Assembly (NCBI RefSeq): GCF_006345805.1
Contig: NC_042998.1
Coordinates: forward strand, 92,008,001 to 92,072,000
Direction of reading: 5' to 3'
Length of the DNA stretch: 64,000 nucleotides
Source of the DNA: Octopus sinensis
Lineage: Eukaryota
Under the pieces are notes generated by a model. The model saw only the letters and a program-made list of their open reading frames with translations. It searched no databases and was not told the DNA's origin. A program made the position numbers and the translations under genes. This document shows, in pieces, positions 15,151 through 27,434 of the stretch (the stretch's first letter is position 1; each line of letters starts with the position of its first letter).

Positions 15151-16174
15151 AAAATAACTTAGATACTGATGAGACTATAACAAACACTAAACAGGATGAT
15201 GGAATATAAATTTATCCTAAAATATCACATACATATTGCTTTCTTAAACTATATAAAATTATAAAAAGAAGTTAGATTCATAACAACCCCAAAAAACATA
15301 CATAAAAAAAGCATAACTATTTGAATAACAAGTATATTACTAAAGATATTTTGTATATACATGTATACACACACACACACACACACACACACATACGTGT
15401 ATCATGCTAGAATCGTATATTTCTCTAAAGTGACTAGATGAAAATAAATTATTGTCAAGGTAAACATAGATATTTGGATACAAAAAATAGTAAGAGAAAT
15501 GATGTCAAGAAATATATCATTTGACAATATGCTACACAAAAATCTCAAAAGACGAATTTTTTTAAAAATGATAAAAAAAAATTGCAGAATTCTTTCTTCA
15601 TAGCCAATGGGGCAAGGAGGGTGATACAAAAATAGCAACAAATAAAAAAAATTACTAAAACAGAATATCAAACATAGCAAAAATTAATCAGTCTACAAAA
15701 TTGTTATTGCAAAAGACACACACACACACACACACACACATGTACACTTATACATTAAAAGCAAAGAAAATCTAAGTATGAATTATGTATAAAAATCAAT
15801 GATTACACGTTATTGATAATTAGTTATTCCCACATTAATAATAATATATGTAACAAAATATTCTATACAGCAATACATAATGAATGAATATGATTGCTGA
15901 ATAATCCCAATAGTGGTATATCGTGATATATATAGATAATATGAAATACCTTTTGAACAGGATGAAAAAATTCACTCATAAAACACTAAAAAAGCATGTA
16001 TCTTTAAAAAATATAAAAGTTGTTATATAACTACGTACCAAATCAGTTAGCTAAAACAAAAGTTATTTTCATGTAATAATTTACATTAAAATTTTAATCA
16101 ATTGAGTTAAATGTATACTGTGTATGTATGTATGTATGTATGTATGTATGTATGTATATATGTATGTATGTATG

Positions 16175-16285
16175 TCATTATTCAGTTTTATTTCAAGATT
16201 TCTTGCCTATAGAGAAAGAGCCAGTTTCTAACCTAGATCCAAGGCTCTTTCATTGCAATTTAAACAATATTAACAGGAATTTTTT
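16175..16285 (-). mobile_element. Second, diverged 3' end related to lineage 3, also with an (ACAT)n tail
   Basis: Reverse complement gagccttggatctaggttagaaactggctctttctc resembles gagctttgtatctttgttagaagccagatccttcctc in the 3' UTR of 16345-17785. Confidence 0.5.
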
Positions 16286-16344
16286 GTATGTATGTATGTA
16301 TGTATGTATGTATGTATGTATGTATGTATGTATGTATGTTATTT

Positions 16345-17785
16345 GTTCTCTTCTGTTTTTAATTATTTAAATTCTTCATCTGAGGAAGGATCTGGCTTCT
16401 AACAAAGATACAAAGCTCCATCATTGAAATATAGATAACAAAAAGAATGTCACGTTATAAACTTGAGAAAAGTCTTGCATAATTTTTACTGTTCCACTTA
16501 CACATTGTATTTGTAATGTGCAAGTTAGTTGGTTGCTTTCTTTTTCTGAAAACTAGTTTATCCAGATTGTCGCTTTTCTCATAAAACCAAATGCCCCAAT
16601 TATCATTGGTATAAATGTGAATTTATAATCTGGATATAGAAGCTGGAGGTTTTAAAACAGTCATCCATTGTTAACCTCTTTCTTTTTGATTTTCAAAGCG
16701 ATATTCATGTCAGCAAGGGATCTAACTTCTATGATGGTACATATTTTTTCTTGTCTGTCCCAAACAACAATATCCAGCCTGTTATGATGTTTAAACTTGA
16801 CAGATATTTTGATGGGAATGTTCCACCAGTATTCCTTGTGTTGAAGTTTATGTATGTACTCAATAATGGGGATTCTCTATATTTATTCCAGAATAGTCTT
16901 TTTTTTCCGAATGGCATTGTATATTGTTTTGTGGCAATGTCACAAACACCTCGATGACATTTTTGGACAGCTGCTAATCACATATGTGAGATCTTCCACA
17001 AAAATAATCCCCTTAGAGCTCCAAGAGCTTTACTGTCTCTTTTGTTTATTAGATATTTCATAATCCTATTCTTGGATTTCAAATGTATAGCCTTCAAAGT
17101 GTAATGCAATGTAGTGGTATAATTCTTCGAGAGGCTATGCATCAAGTTGAAGTTACTGTCTTCTTTGAGTCTTCAAATATACTCATATACAGTCTTTTTT
17201 GGTATGCTGAGTATTTCACATCCGGGTCTTTGAGGTGTTTTAGCCCAGCTGTTTCGGGGTTGCATGAAAGGCCATCAAGAAGAAAATGCTTCCTGATCAG
17301 CTCACTTTTCAGCACTAAGTTGTTGTATATATTTTTGCTGCTGTTATTTAGCAAGTGCTGTCTGAGAGAGAGACTACATGACATTCAAAAGCTGTCTGCA
17401 TTGATCTCAAGCTGCTACCTTCTTCATCTCTTCTTAGGCAGAATCTATCAATATCACTGTTTCTGTAGAGGTTTCCAGTGATGTCAGTATCTTATAGGTT
17501 TTAACGTCTATGGAGAGAATTTCCTCTACGGACTGGTTGAGTATCCCAAATGTTGGAATTAGCACTGGTACTGCAAATTCATTGTGGGATATTGTCTTGT
17601 TGTAAGAGGAGAGTTCTGACTGTCATATTTTTCTAAGTCTGGCATAATATTCTTGGGTCACATTCACAGTGTCTTTATATGATATGTTTTCATCAATGTG
17701 TAGGTATTTGTAGCATTCTTTGTATGGAACAGGAGAACTAGTGAGACCATTGATGCACAGACTTTGAGTCTGGGGTACTGATTTT
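16345..17785 (-). mobile_element. Decayed R4/Dong-type retrotransposon (post-RT region, CCHC, RLE, 3' UTR), lineage 3
   Basis: Minus frames, with stops and frameshifts: KECYKYLHIDEN...QEYYARLRKI*QSELSSYNK..HNEFAVPVL; EDLTHVISSCPK; EYWWNIPIK...HNRLDIVVWDRQEKICTIIEV...LYPDYKFTFIPMIIGAFG. Followed by an (ACAT)n tail. Confidence 0.8.
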
Positions 17786-17828
17786 CCATGTATATATTTA
17801 TATATGTATGTGTGGATATATATATATT

Positions 17829-17859
<31 letters not shown>

Positions 17860-17883
17860 TGAGAGAGAGAGAGAGAGAGAATC

Positions 17884-17927
<44 letters not shown>

Positions 17928-18627
17928 GCACACATACATACACACACACACATATACATACACACACATGCACATATACACACACATGCACAGAGTTATA
18001 TATATGTATGCATACATACACAATACCCAAGTGCATGAATAAACAGACATCTACACATAATAATGGCAAATGTTTATTGTTCTTACTAACATGTAACATT
18101 CTGTTATTCTTAAGCAATTATCTATCATGTTATCAAACATGATTTACATAAATCAACAATCTTTGACTCATGATGTTTTCCCCTGGTTGTTTTAATTTTC
18201 GGAGAATATATATAAGTCAACAATGAATAAATGAAATACTAAAACATTTATTATTTGTAATTGTACAACTATTTTAATGATCTTACATTCATTAAATTTA
18301 AAACTTTAGTTATTTATTAGTTTTTAAGTAATGCAGTTGATTTTAAAAATGCAATTTCAAATTTCACCTTAGAGAAAACATGACAAAATTATTTGCCATC
18401 AAACATGCTCACATAAAGGCAACTTTGTTATTTTGGTGACTATCCAAATAAAGGTTTCCAAATATTAATACATGCATTATAATATAATAATATAGTAATG
18501 TAATGTAGTATGATATGAACAAGACAGATATTAACTTTATACATACATATACATGTGTATTTATGTATGTCTAAATGTATTTACACAACTACACACCCAA
18601 TATGTGTGTGTGTGTGTGTGTGTGTGT

Positions 18628-19345
18628 ATCATCATCATTTAATGTCCGCTTTCCATACTGGCATGGGTTAGGCTAGAACTGGTAAGCCACAGAGCTGTGC
18701 CAGATTCCAATCTGATTTGGCATGGTTTCTACGGCTGGATGCTCTTCCTAATTAATGCCAACCTCTCCAAGAGTGTAATGGATGTTTTGTACGTGTCGCC
18801 AGCACAGATTTCAATTACATGACACTGGCAACAGCCACGACAACAATTTCACTTGGCTTGATGAGTCTTTACAAGCACAGCATATCACTCACTTGTCATC
18901 GCCTTCACACGTGCATATATATATATGTATACATATTGGGTAGGTGGTTGCATTTACACATTTAGACACACACAAACACACATGCATATATATATATATA
19001 TATATATCACCGTGACCACCATGACCGACCTGGCTATCAGATGCTGCTATACATTGCTGGTCAATGCGCTTTGCATTGTTTTAGCCTTCAAATGATGCCA
19101 CCCCGCTGGCTAAGTGAGCAGGCCATATATAAATATATATATATATCATCATCATCATCATCATCATCATCGTTTAACGTCCGCTTTCCATGCTAGCATG
19201 GGTTGGACGGTTCAACTGGGGTCTGGGGAGCCCGAAGGCTGCACCAGGCCAGTCAGATCTGGCAGTGTTTCTACAGCTGGATGCCCTTCCTAACGCCAAC
19301 CACTCCGAGAGTGTAGTGGGTGATTTTATGTGCCACCGACACAAA
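18628..19345 (-). mobile_element. Two RTE 3' tails (18628-18900 and 19146-19345), plus an unclassified 120-bp piece in (TA)n at 19008-19128
   Basis: The (cat)n-tttaacgtccgctttccatgc...ggatgcccttccta signature occurs twice. Confidence 0.75.
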
Positions 19346-20829
19346 AGTTAATATCACTTTTGAAACTATTGGCCCATTAGGCCAGAGCCTATTCCTGTCT
19401 CCCTAACGTTTTTGTGACTGAGAATACAAGACTCTTGTCTAAATCAGACACTGATCTGTTGCAGTCTTAACCACAGCAGAGGCTGAGAATGTTCTCAGTA
19501 CAGAATTATGAGTAGATGTTTAATTACTCCAAAGACTGTACAGGTGTAAATGTAGTACAAGTTTTAATAGTTTGTGTTTATGTTTGTTTCACTCATATCT
19601 TTGTGTATGACACAGACAGAAAGTTCTGAAATACATGATATCACAAGAATTGTACTAACTTTGTTTACATTGATTAAGAAAGATCTCTTTAATGTAAGAT
19701 AAAAGACCCAAATCTCTTCTTTCAGTCATTTCTGTTCTGTAAAAGAATCAATAAAGGACTGGCATTTTGACAGAAAACTTTTTAGCAAGATGTTAAGAGT
19801 TAACATAATATTGTTATGGTAACCAATGACATCATTATATACAGCTTTATCATCGTCATGACAGCAGAGGTTGGCAGGTCTTTTGGGAGCAGTGCTTTAT
19901 AGTTGATGCCCTTCATAATGCTACCCCTTTTTGTCTTCTCTTACGAAATGCAGATAAATAGTGTACCTATTGTAAAATCTGGGATACACACAATATTGGA
20001 ATTTTATAAAACTGGTTTATTGGTATAGTGAAATACCTGGTTGTCTTGCAGCATATCGATCATAAGTGCTATAGCTTTTATTTAAATTAATCGTGAATGC
20101 ATTACTCAGGAAAACTTTAGAAAATATGCAATAAAATGTCTATTTTCAATATACAAAAACAGAATTTATGTTTTTGTTATGTATTGGTAAAAAGACTGTT
20201 TTATACCAGAAAACTAAGTGACTAGGAAAATATAAATAAAATAAGAACTAGAATTTGTAGTGGAATGGAAAAGGTAAAAGGATTGCTAATGCTGATAAGA
20301 AAAATATGTTGTGTTCATAATGTTAGCCAAATTATATGATATTCATATTAATGACGGTATGATACTGCAATTAAATTAGGATGTTGAAGGAAAAAAGTTT
20401 TGCTAAAGAATGAAGTAATGTTAAATATAAATTTCAATTCTGAACAAATTTAAGAAGGAAATAGTGATATGAAATATATGATGAAAATTATGAGCAGTGG
20501 AAATACATTAGAAAATAGTAATAGATTTATTGAAAGAATCTAGGAATTTTATGCATTAGCTGTACAGCTTTTAACTCTAGAACAATTAGGTTTTACTTGT
20601 AAAGGTAGCACCTAAAAAGGAATTTGTGTGTGGGGGGGGTACAATATAATTCAAAAGATGCTCCTCATTACTGCTATTGTCTACAGCTGCACTTGCATAA
20701 AATCCAGACTAAGATTCCAAAATCATCCTCATTACCATCATCATAGTGATCACTATTTGCAATGCTGAGCTTTTGAATTATTATGCTGGTTGTGTTTGCT
20801 CAATATTCCCCACCTTCAGTGTATTTGAA

Positions 20830-21049
20830 TTAAGTAGTGTATTGGCAGAATCATTAGAGTGCTGGGAAAAATGCCTTGTGGCATTTGTTCTAGCTCTTTC
20901 CATTCTGAAATCAAACCCTTACAGGGTCAAATTTGCATTTAATCTTTCAGGGATCATTAAAATACTATACCAGTCTAATACTGGGATCGATGTAATTGAC
21001 TAACCATCTTTCCTCTAAATTTCTGGCCTTGTGCCTATATTAGAAACTA

Positions 21050-21050
<1 letters not shown>
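20830..21050 (+). mobile_element. SINE B with (ATT)n tail
   Basis: ggcagaatcattag...ctgaaatcaaa...ctggccttgtgcctatattagaa(att)n. Confidence 0.7.
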
Positions 21051-21103
<53 letters not shown>

Positions 21104-21757
21104 GCGATGAAAACTCTCAGCTTATTTTGCTGGGTATGACGAAAAGTGTCAGCTGTTCACAGCCAGCAGACTAAGGTGACACTTGTTTACTGGTCATGCT
21201 TCAAGAACCCTGCAAAGAATTTTTGCTGTTCCAAGCAATGCTGATTTTTGTAGGTGCACTACCTTCACTTTTGCACTGATCTTTTTCAGCCATGTTGGTA
21301 GCTGAGCGCTGATACTTCCAAGTGCACCAATTACTATTGATATTACATCTACTCTCTTCATTGACCACAACCTTCCTATTTCCCACTTTAAATCGTCATA
21401 GTTGTTTATTTTTTTCTTCTTTCACATTGATCCTGTTGTCACTGGGGCATGCTATGTCGATAATCATGTTCTTTCTTTTTTAATTACCACAACAATGTCC
21501 AGTTTCCCACGTCTGGTCAGGTGATCACACTGGATCATTACATCCCACAGGATTTTGCAGTTCTCATTTTCTGTGCCTTCTTCTGGGCTCTTCTCATACC
21601 ATATATTTGCTCTTTACAAGCCATGATTTCCACAGAGCTCCCAATGGATCATTCTTGTCACATTGTCATGGCACTGTTTTTATTTGCATTGTACCAATTT
21701 CAGACATTTGCTAATGATGAGCCATACCCTTTCACTTCTCTCACCACACATTCTGCA
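21104..21757 (-). mobile_element. R4/Dong-type RLE fragment, lineage 2 (CCHC end + RLE + 3' UTR), tail in (AAT)n
   Basis: Minus strand reads HDNVTRMIHWELCG...ENCKILWDVMIQCDHL...DIVVV...IIDIACPSDNRINVKEE...YDDLKWEIGRLWSM...VIGALGS...QKSALLGTA. Confidence 0.8.
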
Positions 21758-21962
21758 GAATCGTTAGCACACTGGGAAAAATGTTTAGCAGCATTTCATC
21801 CATCTATACATTCTGAATTCAAACTCTACTGAGGTTGACTTTATCTTTCATCCTTTTGAGGTTGATAAAATATGTACCAGTTGAGCACTGAGTTGGCGAT
21901 ATAATCAACTTACATCCACCTCTGAACCTGCTGGTCTTGTGCTAAAATGTGAAACCATTATT
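21757..21962 (+). mobile_element. SINE B
   Basis: gcagaatcgttagcac...gttgactttatctttcatccttttgaggttgataaaa...gtaccagttgagcactg. Confidence 0.7.
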
Positions 21963-21964
21963 AT

Positions 21965-22445
21965 TCATCATCATCTTCATTTAACGTCCGATTTCTATGC
22001 TGGCATGGGTTGGATGGTTTGATTGATGACTGAGAAACAAGGAGGCTGCATCAGGATCCAGTTTGATCCGGTAAGGTTTCTGCAGCTGGATGCTCTTCCT
22101 AACACCAACCACTCCAAGAGTGTAGTGGGTGCTTTTTACATGCCACCAGCATGGGGGCCAGTCAGGCGTCACTGGCATGAACAATGCTCGAATGGTGTTT
22201 TCCCATGTCACTGGCACAGGAGCCAGTCAAGTGGCACTGGCATCAACCATGCTCGAATAGTGTTTTTTACGTGTCTACTGAAACTGGCATTGGCCACACT
22301 TAAGTGGTGCCTTTTACGTGCCACCGGCATGGGTGCCAGTCAGGTGGCACAGGCATCGACCACAACTACGATTTCACTTGACTCAACAGGTCTTCTCAAG
22401 CATAGTATATTGCCTGACGACTGAAGGGTACTTTTAAATGGGTCA
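21965..22445 (-). mobile_element. RTE 3' UTR copy
   Basis: Same tail signature, with gccaccggcatg subrepeats. Confidence 0.75.
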
Positions 22446-22867
22446 GTTATGCGACACTGGCATGTAAATGACATATCACCCCCCCCAAAAAGAAATTGCT
22501 GGCCTTGTACCAAAATTCGAAATCATTATTATTATTCCTTTGGTATCTGCTAGAAAACAAATACCTCCTAAATGACAACTAGTCACCTAGGGCTGGTATT
22601 GTAGACTAATGTTATTGTCCAACACAGCTTCAGATCCTGTTGGTGTTTCATTCTTGATTAAAAAGAAATACCTTGCTGCTGATTGGTTTTGTCATTTATA
22701 TTCTGAGTTAAAATCTTAAGGAGGATTACTTTTCCTTTCATCTAACAATGGTTATCAAAATATGTAAAACTGATTTAGACATTTTATTCCTTCTTTGTAA
22801 ATTTGTAATCTTGTACATATGCTTATACCATCATCATCATTGCTTTTTATTATCATAATTTTATTCT

Positions 22868-22995
22868 TATTATTATTCAGAAATCTTATTTTTATCATGT
22901 GCTTTCACTGCACTACCAAGTGCAGCTTTGTGCACCTTGGGTATGTGCTGTGGCTTCTTTTGATGTTATTATTTTCACTGTATTGAAAGTGCTTT
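22868..22995 (-). mobile_element. R4/Dong lineage 1, 3' end only
   Basis: Reverse complement cacagcacatacccaaggtgcacaaagctgcacttggtagtgcagtgaaagcac...ataaaaataa...ctgaataat matches 26475-26550. Confidence 0.7.
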
Positions 22996-23010
22996 ATGTA
23001 GAATTATTAT

Positions 23011-23507
23011 TGAGTGAGAGAGCAGTGCACACAATCAAAGTGACACTGGGGTAAAATATACGAAACCCAGTATACCCATCATGACTGCTCATCATATAAA
23101 TGTACTCCAGGCACATGCATTACAACCATATGTGCACAACTTGCTGATCTCATATCAAGAATAACAGTGCATAACCTTGCAAGTGGGGCCCAGTTAGAAT
23201 TTTCTTCAGGTCAAATAGCCTATCCCACTCAAAAGGTCTCTGAATTAGGGTTGCTTAATGATGTTGAATGAAATACCCATGTTTCCAGAGGGGAATTATC
23301 CAAACTCCCCAAAATTCCTTTCAATACATGGCTATGATGCTCCCCCACTACTTCTGCTCATGATCAGTGATGCACATATTGTCAACCACTAAGAGACATG
23401 CTCAACTGATTAAAGTCAAACAACTGACAAGACAAAACAATATACGTGATAACACTTCCAATCAGTTAAGATCAGAAGCCATGAGCGCCACTGCCGTGTA
23501 CTGCATT
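23011..23507 (-). mobile_element. Second copy of element X
   Basis: Reverse complement aligns to 26730-27274 except for one internal deletion of about 55-60 bp. Flanked by (ATT)n. Confidence 0.75.
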
Positions 23508-23529
23508 GTTATTATTATTACTATTATTA

Positions 23530-23745
23530 AAGTGGCAAGCCAGCAGAATCATTAAGATCCCAGACAAAATGCTTGGTGGCATTTCATTTGTCTTTATAAT
23601 CTGAGCTCAAATTCTGGTGAGGGTTATGCCTTTCATCTTTTCAGGGTTGATAAAATAAGTACCAGTTGAGTAATGTAATCGACTACTCCTCTCCCGACAA
23701 AATTTCAGGCCTCGTACCTATAGTGGAAAGGATTATTATTATCAT
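23530..23745 (+). mobile_element. SINE B
   Basis: aagtggcaagccagcagaatc...cctttcatcttttcagggttgataaaataagtacc...aaaggattattatt. Confidence 0.7.
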
Positions 23746-23899
23746 TATTATCATTGAGGATGCTGATGATTAGAAAGCTTTAAAAAATCCAAAGAGGATG
23801 AAACTTTCAAATAGTTATTGATAATGTTTCCTATGTTTATTTACTGTGATATTTTCCAATAACTTTCGTAAGATAAACTTCAAATGATTTTTGAAAGAT

Positions 23900-23937
<38 letters not shown>

Positions 23938-24635
23938 CCAAAGGAGCCAAACATTAATCCATTTGTAAGAGCAAAATATAGTTTTTCAAATATATGGGAA
24001 TATTTATTTAGAATATTTAAAAAAATTTTGTTAATATTAACAAGAATATTGAAATGCAATAGCCAATTTTAAAAATAAGTGTAGATTAACAAAAACAAAA
24101 AGAATTATAGAAACTATAAAAAATGATAGTATTGAATCTTTGTATTTTCTACTTTTCTGATTAAGGACCATTAAACATATACTTAACTCTGTTGGATATT
24201 GTAGGTTTAGAGATTATGAATAAATACATACAAAGATTGAATTACAAATTAGCTGTGTTGAATAACAATGGTAGACACTGTTTAGTTTCAAATCTGAAGA
24301 GCTGACAGAAGATATCAAGTGTGTGTGTGTGTGTGTGTGTGTACGTACATTTTACCAACTAAATAAATGTTGACAGAGTCTCTCTGCTAACAGGAAACCC
24401 AAGGTATCAGTATGTCATTCTGACTGTAATTTACTAACAATAAATGTCATATATGTGTGTTTGTGTTTGTGTGTGTGTGTGATCTGTGTTGTATGTGTGG
24501 TGTGCATATGTATATATGTATGTGTAGATATGTGAATATGTATATTAAAGAGGGAGAGAAACAAGAAAGAAATAGAGAATATGCCGTGAATCAACTGTTG
24601 TGCCATATGATCAGAATTTGAATGCATTTAATACT

Positions 24636-24990
24636 CTTTACTCCTTTACTTGTTTCAGTCATTTGACTGTGGCCATGCTGGAGCACCACCTTTAGTCGAG
24701 CAAATCAACCCCAGGACTTATTCTTTGTAAGCCTAGAACTTATTCTATCGGTCTGTTTTGCTGAACTGCTAAGCTACGGGGACGTAAACGCACTACCATT
24801 GGTTGTCAAGTGATGTTGGGGGGACAAACACAAACACATAAATACACGCACACATACATAAAATATACGACGGGCTTCTTTCAGTTTCTGTCTACCAAAT
24901 CCAGTCACAAGGCTTTGGTCGGCCCGAGGCTATAGTAGAAGACACTTGCCCAAGGTGCCATGCAGTGGGAATGAACCCAGAACCACACTA
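24636..24990 (-). mobile_element. SINE A (head partly truncated)
   Basis: Near-identical to 33290-33705. Confidence 0.8.
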
Positions 24991-25369
24991 AAAAAATAAA
25001 TACAGTCTTCTCTGTAAGGGAAGACTTTTTCTTTAAATTAAGTTGTTTTCTAGGACAAATTAGGTTGCTTTAATTGGAGAAGATATTCAAGTAATATCTT
25101 TTTAGCATTAAAAATAGTCAGCATTCTAAGCATGATATAAAAGACGTTAATACTAAATTATATTTAGAAGGCAGGTATAGTATCTGAAATAAAAAAGATA
25201 TGTGAAGAATGGTTGTTTCCATTGATATTATTTGACAGAGTTTGAGGGCTTTGTATAAGGAAAGGTTAGGTGATTAATAAATTTAGGAGGATGTAAAAAC
25301 AAGATTACTTAAGTAGGGAGAAAAGTAGCATGAATGCTTTACAGATTATTGAAGAACTTACAACAATCA

Positions 25370-25462
25370 GTGGAATCAAACTCGGAATCCTGGGGTTAGT
25401 AGCCCATGCTCTTAACCACTATGCCATATGCCCATGGGCAATTATGGAGTGAATTTTAGGGC
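25370..25462 (-). mobile_element. Truncated start of the PLE terminal repeat with tRNA-like head, directly after the GIY-YIG stop
   Basis: Reverse complement reads ccctaaaattcactcca...gggcatatggcatagtggttaagagcatgggctactaaccccaggattccgagtttgattcc. It is an inverted repeat of 25932-26020. Confidence 0.75.
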
Positions 25463-25895
25463 TTATAAATCTAATATTCTCCTATCCTTCCTTAATACCA
25501 GTTCCCATATGCTATTCATATCTGCACTCGGTCTGCTTAGGAGGTTGTTGTGTCCTAGCATGTGTGCTGCTTCTTTTAGTTTTCGTATTTTCCAGTGGTG
25601 TCCTCTGTCTATTATTTTAAGTTCATCCCACAGTGGGAGGTGGTCTCCATTTTTCCATACATGATCAGCTATAGCTGATTTATCAATATCTCCCCTTGTC
25701 ACAGCTTTGCGATGTTCCTCTACCCTTATTTTGAGGGGGCAGCATGCTTCACCTTTGTATAACCTACTACAGCTGCATGGGATGGAGTACACACAATATT
25801 TGGTCATATTCTCTTCTATTGGTGGTTTTACTTGAAGGAGATATTTGCAAAGTGTTGTATTACTCTTGGATACTGTCCTGATGTCATATGGCCTT
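25463..25895 (-). mobile_element. Penelope-like element, 3' ORF fragment with GIY-YIG endonuclease
   Basis: Minus strand reads PYDIRTVSKSNTTLCKYLLQVKPPIEENMTKYCVYSIPCSCSRLYKGEACCPLKIRVEEHRK...SAIADHVW...WDELKIIDR...RKLKEA, the typical PLE GIY-YIG (CVYxIPC..C...YxGE...L..RxxEH). Confidence 0.88.
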
Positions 25896-26035
25896 ATATC
25901 TTTTGTCCTGATGTCATATGGGCCTCATATCTAAAATTCACTCCACTATACCTTATGCCCATGGGCATATGGCATAGTGGTTAAGGGCACAGGCTACTAA
26001 CTCCGAGTTTGATTCTAGGCAGTGACCTGAATAAT

Positions 26036-26090
<55 letters not shown>

Positions 26091-26092
<2 letters not shown>

Positions 26093-26543
26093 GCAACCAT
26101 ACTCTGGGATATGCCGATACACACAGATAGAGAAATTAAGGCCAACAGACCAGATATAGTTGTCAGAGATCATGAAGAAAAAAATGTATCAATACCGGCT
26201 GATGACAACGTGTCTCTAAAAGAAATGGAGAAACTCTCAAAATACAAAGACCTGGAAATAGAGGTAACTAGAATGTGGAATCTGAAAACAGAAACAATTC
26301 CTATCATAGTAGGTGCATTAGGCATGATAAAAAAATATTCAGGCAAATACATAACAAAAACACCAGCACTTACAAACACATATAACATACAGAAAATTGC
26401 ACTACTAGGCACTGCACACATCCTACGCAGAACACTTTCCATACAATAACCATCAGAGCATCACAACAAATCACAGCACATACCCAAGGCACACAGAGCT
26501 GCACTCGGTAGTGAAGTGAAAGCACGCTATAAAAATAAAACTA

Positions 26544-26548
<5 letters not shown>
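26091..26548 (+). mobile_element. 5'-truncated R4/Dong-type non-LTR retrotransposon (RLE endonuclease + 3' UTR), lineage 1
   Basis: ATILWDMPIHTDREIKANRPDIVVRD...VSIPADDNVSLKEMEKLSKYKDLEIEVTRMW...PIIVGALG...QKIALLGTAHILRRTL*. Flanked on both sides by (AAT)n. Confidence 0.85.
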
Positions 26549-26590
<42 letters not shown>

Positions 26591-26591
26591 G

Positions 26592-27274
26592 ATGCCCTGA
26601 TGCAATACAATGCCCTGATGCAGTACCATGCCCTGATGCAGTACCATGCCCTGATGCAGTACCATGCCCTAATGCAGTACCATGCCCTGATGCAGTACCT
26701 ATGCCCTGATGCAGTACAATGCCCAGATGCAGTACCAGGCAGTGGCTCTCATGGCTTCTGATCTTAACTGATTGAAAGTGTTATCATGTACATTGTTTTG
26801 TCTTGGTATAAAAGATGGGCTACAGCAAATATTCTGCTCAATACCACAGATTTGCTTGTCAGTTGTTTGACCTTAACCAGTTGAGCACGTCCCTTAGTGG
26901 CTGATGATATGTGCATCTCTGATCACAAGCAGAAGTAGTGGGGGAGCATCATAGCCATGTGTTGAGAGGGATTCTTTGGGGTTTGAATAATTCACCTTTG
27001 GAGACAGGGGTGTTTCATTCAACATCCTTAAACAACCCTTATTCAGGGACCTTTTGAGCGGGATGGGCTACTCGACCAGAACAAAATTCTAACTGGGCCC
27101 CACCTGCAAGGTCATGTGCTGTTTATCTTGATATGAGATCACCATGTCGCGCACATATGGTTGTGATGCATGTGCCTAGTGTACCCTTATCAGACGGGTA
27201 GTCATGATGAGTATACTGCGCTTCGTATATTTTACCCCAGTGTCACTTTGATGGCATGCACTGCTCTCTCACTC
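26592..27274 (+). mobile_element. Unclassified non-coding interspersed repeat ('element X') in (AAT)n, with an 18-bp tandem array at its start
   Basis: Homologous along its length to 23011-23507 (minus). It carries 8 copies of gccctgatgcagtaccat at 26592-26738 and has (AAT)n on both sides. Confidence 0.75.
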
Positions 27275-27320
<46 letters not shown>

Positions 27321-27391
27321 GTAATAATAATAATAATAATAACATTGAAAAATACCTTAGGAATGAGAACCTAAGTTCGAAATTTCCCCAA

Positions 27392-27434
27392 GACACCTGA
27401 TGAAGGCTGGAGGGTATATCTGCTGAAACGTGTT
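27392..27434 (+). ncRNA. Degenerate minimal type I hammerhead ribozyme motif
   Basis: GACAC-CTGATGA-A-GGCTG(GAGGGTATAT)CTGCT-GAAA-CG-TGTT. The core is intact, stem II is imperfect, and 3 nt of stem III/cleavage site are missing relative to the 37592-37637 copy. Confidence 0.55.

Noticed and set aside
16450-17000. Penelope RT reading of the minus strand (TIIEVRSLADMNI, FRKRKQPTN)
   Set aside because: In context the frame is the RLE domain of an R4/Dong-type element (DIVVWD...IIEV...PMIIGAFG).
25955-26030. Possible functional tRNA gene (anticodon ACT)
   Set aside because: The acceptor and T stems do not pair properly, and all three copies are diverged and embedded in a repeat. Treated as tRNA-derived.
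26592-26738. CRISPR-like array or hammerhead array (CTGATG repeats)
   Set aside because: It is a head-to-tail 18-bp tandem with no spacers. The motif is CTGATGC rather than CTGATGA, with no GAAA partner.
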